This document shows positions 63,030-64,000 of a stretch of DNA of 64,000 bases, piece by piece; within the stretch, counting starts at the first letter, position 1; every line of letters begins with the position of its first letter. The notes under the pieces are model-generated. The model was not told the DNA's origin. It ran no database searches and worked only from the letters and a program-made list of their open reading frames with translations. The translations under genes were made by a program, and so were the position numbers. This DNA comes from Terriglobia bacterium (lineage in GTDB: Bacteria; Acidobacteriota; Terriglobia; 20CM-2-55-15). The stretch spans positions 64,001 to 128,000 of the forward strand of contig CBDCLE010000026.1 in assembly GCA_965218585.1 (NCBI GenBank), read 5' to 3'.

Positions 63030-64000
63030 CTACCCGCGGGTGGGAAGGACGATGACGCGGCGCCAGGGCATTTCCCCACGGCTGTATGATCCCAACCCCA
63101 TTTCCTCAACGAGCATGTGTTGGAGGCGTCGGATCGGTGAAGCCTGCGGGGTCAACTCCACGGGCTTGCCATAGTTGAGCACGCGGTCGACACCTTCACG
63201 AGCTTCCCGGAGAGCTTCCTCTTCGGCGCCACCCTGCTGTTCCAACCCGAAAGCGTCAGCCAGATAGGTCTTGATCTGGCTCAGAGTGTTGCTGCGAAGA
63301 ACGGCGACTTCCAGTCCACGTTCTTCCAATTCGAGCAATGTGCGAGGTTGCCTCTTTTCATGGGCCTTCAATGTCAACACGAGATTGGCATCTTTGGGAG
63401 TTTTCGAAATGGTTGCCGCGACTCCAAGCTCGCCGATGACTCTGGAGATCTTGTCCTTGCTGACGCCATAGGGGAATATTCGAAGCGTCTTTCCGCGCGC
63501 TTTCGATTCGACTGTATTCCGAACTCTGGAACCGGGCTGGGGAGAAGTGTTCGCCGATAACTCATCCAGGGCATTCGCGTCTTCCACGATGTCGTATCCG
63601 TCCTGGCCACGCAGACGCACTTCGGGACGAATCGTTCGGCCTCTGAGAAACTCATCCACCACCCGAGCGGTCTCGTGGTACACGGAGAATCGGTCTCGTG
63701 TTCGAATTTCAACCAGCGTGTCGAACGTGGGCGGTGCTTTGCGTTCGAGGACCGTCTTCTGCGTACGCCGACGGCGCGCTTCTTCGTCGCCGAGAGTCAC
63801 GGCGTGAATCCCACCTAAAAGGTCCGACAGGGTCGGATTCATCAGAAGGTTGTCCAGTGAATTTCCATGGGCCGTGGCGATCAACTGAACGCCTCTCTCC
63901 GCGATGGTCCGTGATGCCATCGCTTCGGCCTCAGTTCCGATTTCATCGATGACGATGACCTCAGGCATGTGATTCTCGACTGCCTCGATCATCACCGCAT
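63030..64000 (-). CDS. SpoIIIAA/Ycf45-like ATPase with C-terminal R3H domain (5' end outside window)
   Basis: AVENHMPEVIVIDEIG, ATAHG, LERKAPPTF and R3H IRRLQH motifs. Confidence 0.9.
   Translation of the reverse strand, partial: AVMIEAVENHMPEVIVIDEIGTEAEAMASRTIAERGVQLIATAHGNSLDNLLMNPTLSDLLGGIHAVTLGDEEARRRRTQKTVLERKAPPTFDTLVEIRTRDRFSVYHETARVVDEFLRGRTIRPEVRLRGQDGYDIVEDANALDELSANTSPQPGSRVRNTVESKARGKTLRIFPYGVSKDKISRVIGELGVAATISKTPKDANLVLTLKAHEKRQPRTLLELEERGLEVAVLRSNTLSQIKTYLADAFGLEQQGGAEEEALREAREGVDRVLNYGKPVELTPQASPIRRLQHMLVEEMGLGSYSRGEMPWRRVIVLPTRG

Overview
Bacterial chromosomal window, mostly housekeeping genes. Gene content and neighbourhoods suggest an Acidobacteriota-like host (inference). 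Contents in order: redox/transport genes; an aroF-pheA operon; an ilvD-ilvB-ilvN-ilvC-ilvA operon; a TetR-leuA-leuB / leuC-leuD divergon; proBA; a MoxR-DUF58-transglutaminase cluster running into rimO-yacG-pgpA-cinA-thpR-gpsA-ftsY-ribD-ribE-ribBA; a second MoxR-DUF58-BatA/VWA cluster; uvrC; a CHASE2 adenylate cyclase with a FecR-like gene; a peroxiredoxin-like gene; a cytochrome c/beta-barrel fusion; mpg; an MFS transporter; an internally deleted IS; and a partial R3H ATPase. Signals not in the ORF track: (1) an AibR-like TetR with a perfect 30-bp operator between the leu biosynthesis arms, suggesting isovaleryl-CoA control of leucine synthesis; (2) two leader-peptide attenuators, one with Tyr+Phe+Trp codons and one with Ile/Val codons; (3) an in-frame UGA with a SECIS-like hairpin giving a UxxS selenoprotein; (4) a ~230-nt multi-hairpin intergenic RNA candidate; (5) several palindromic repeat families. 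At least six genes carry single-base frameshifts in short runs, most likely long-read assembly errors. All family assignments come from motif recognition; no searches were run.
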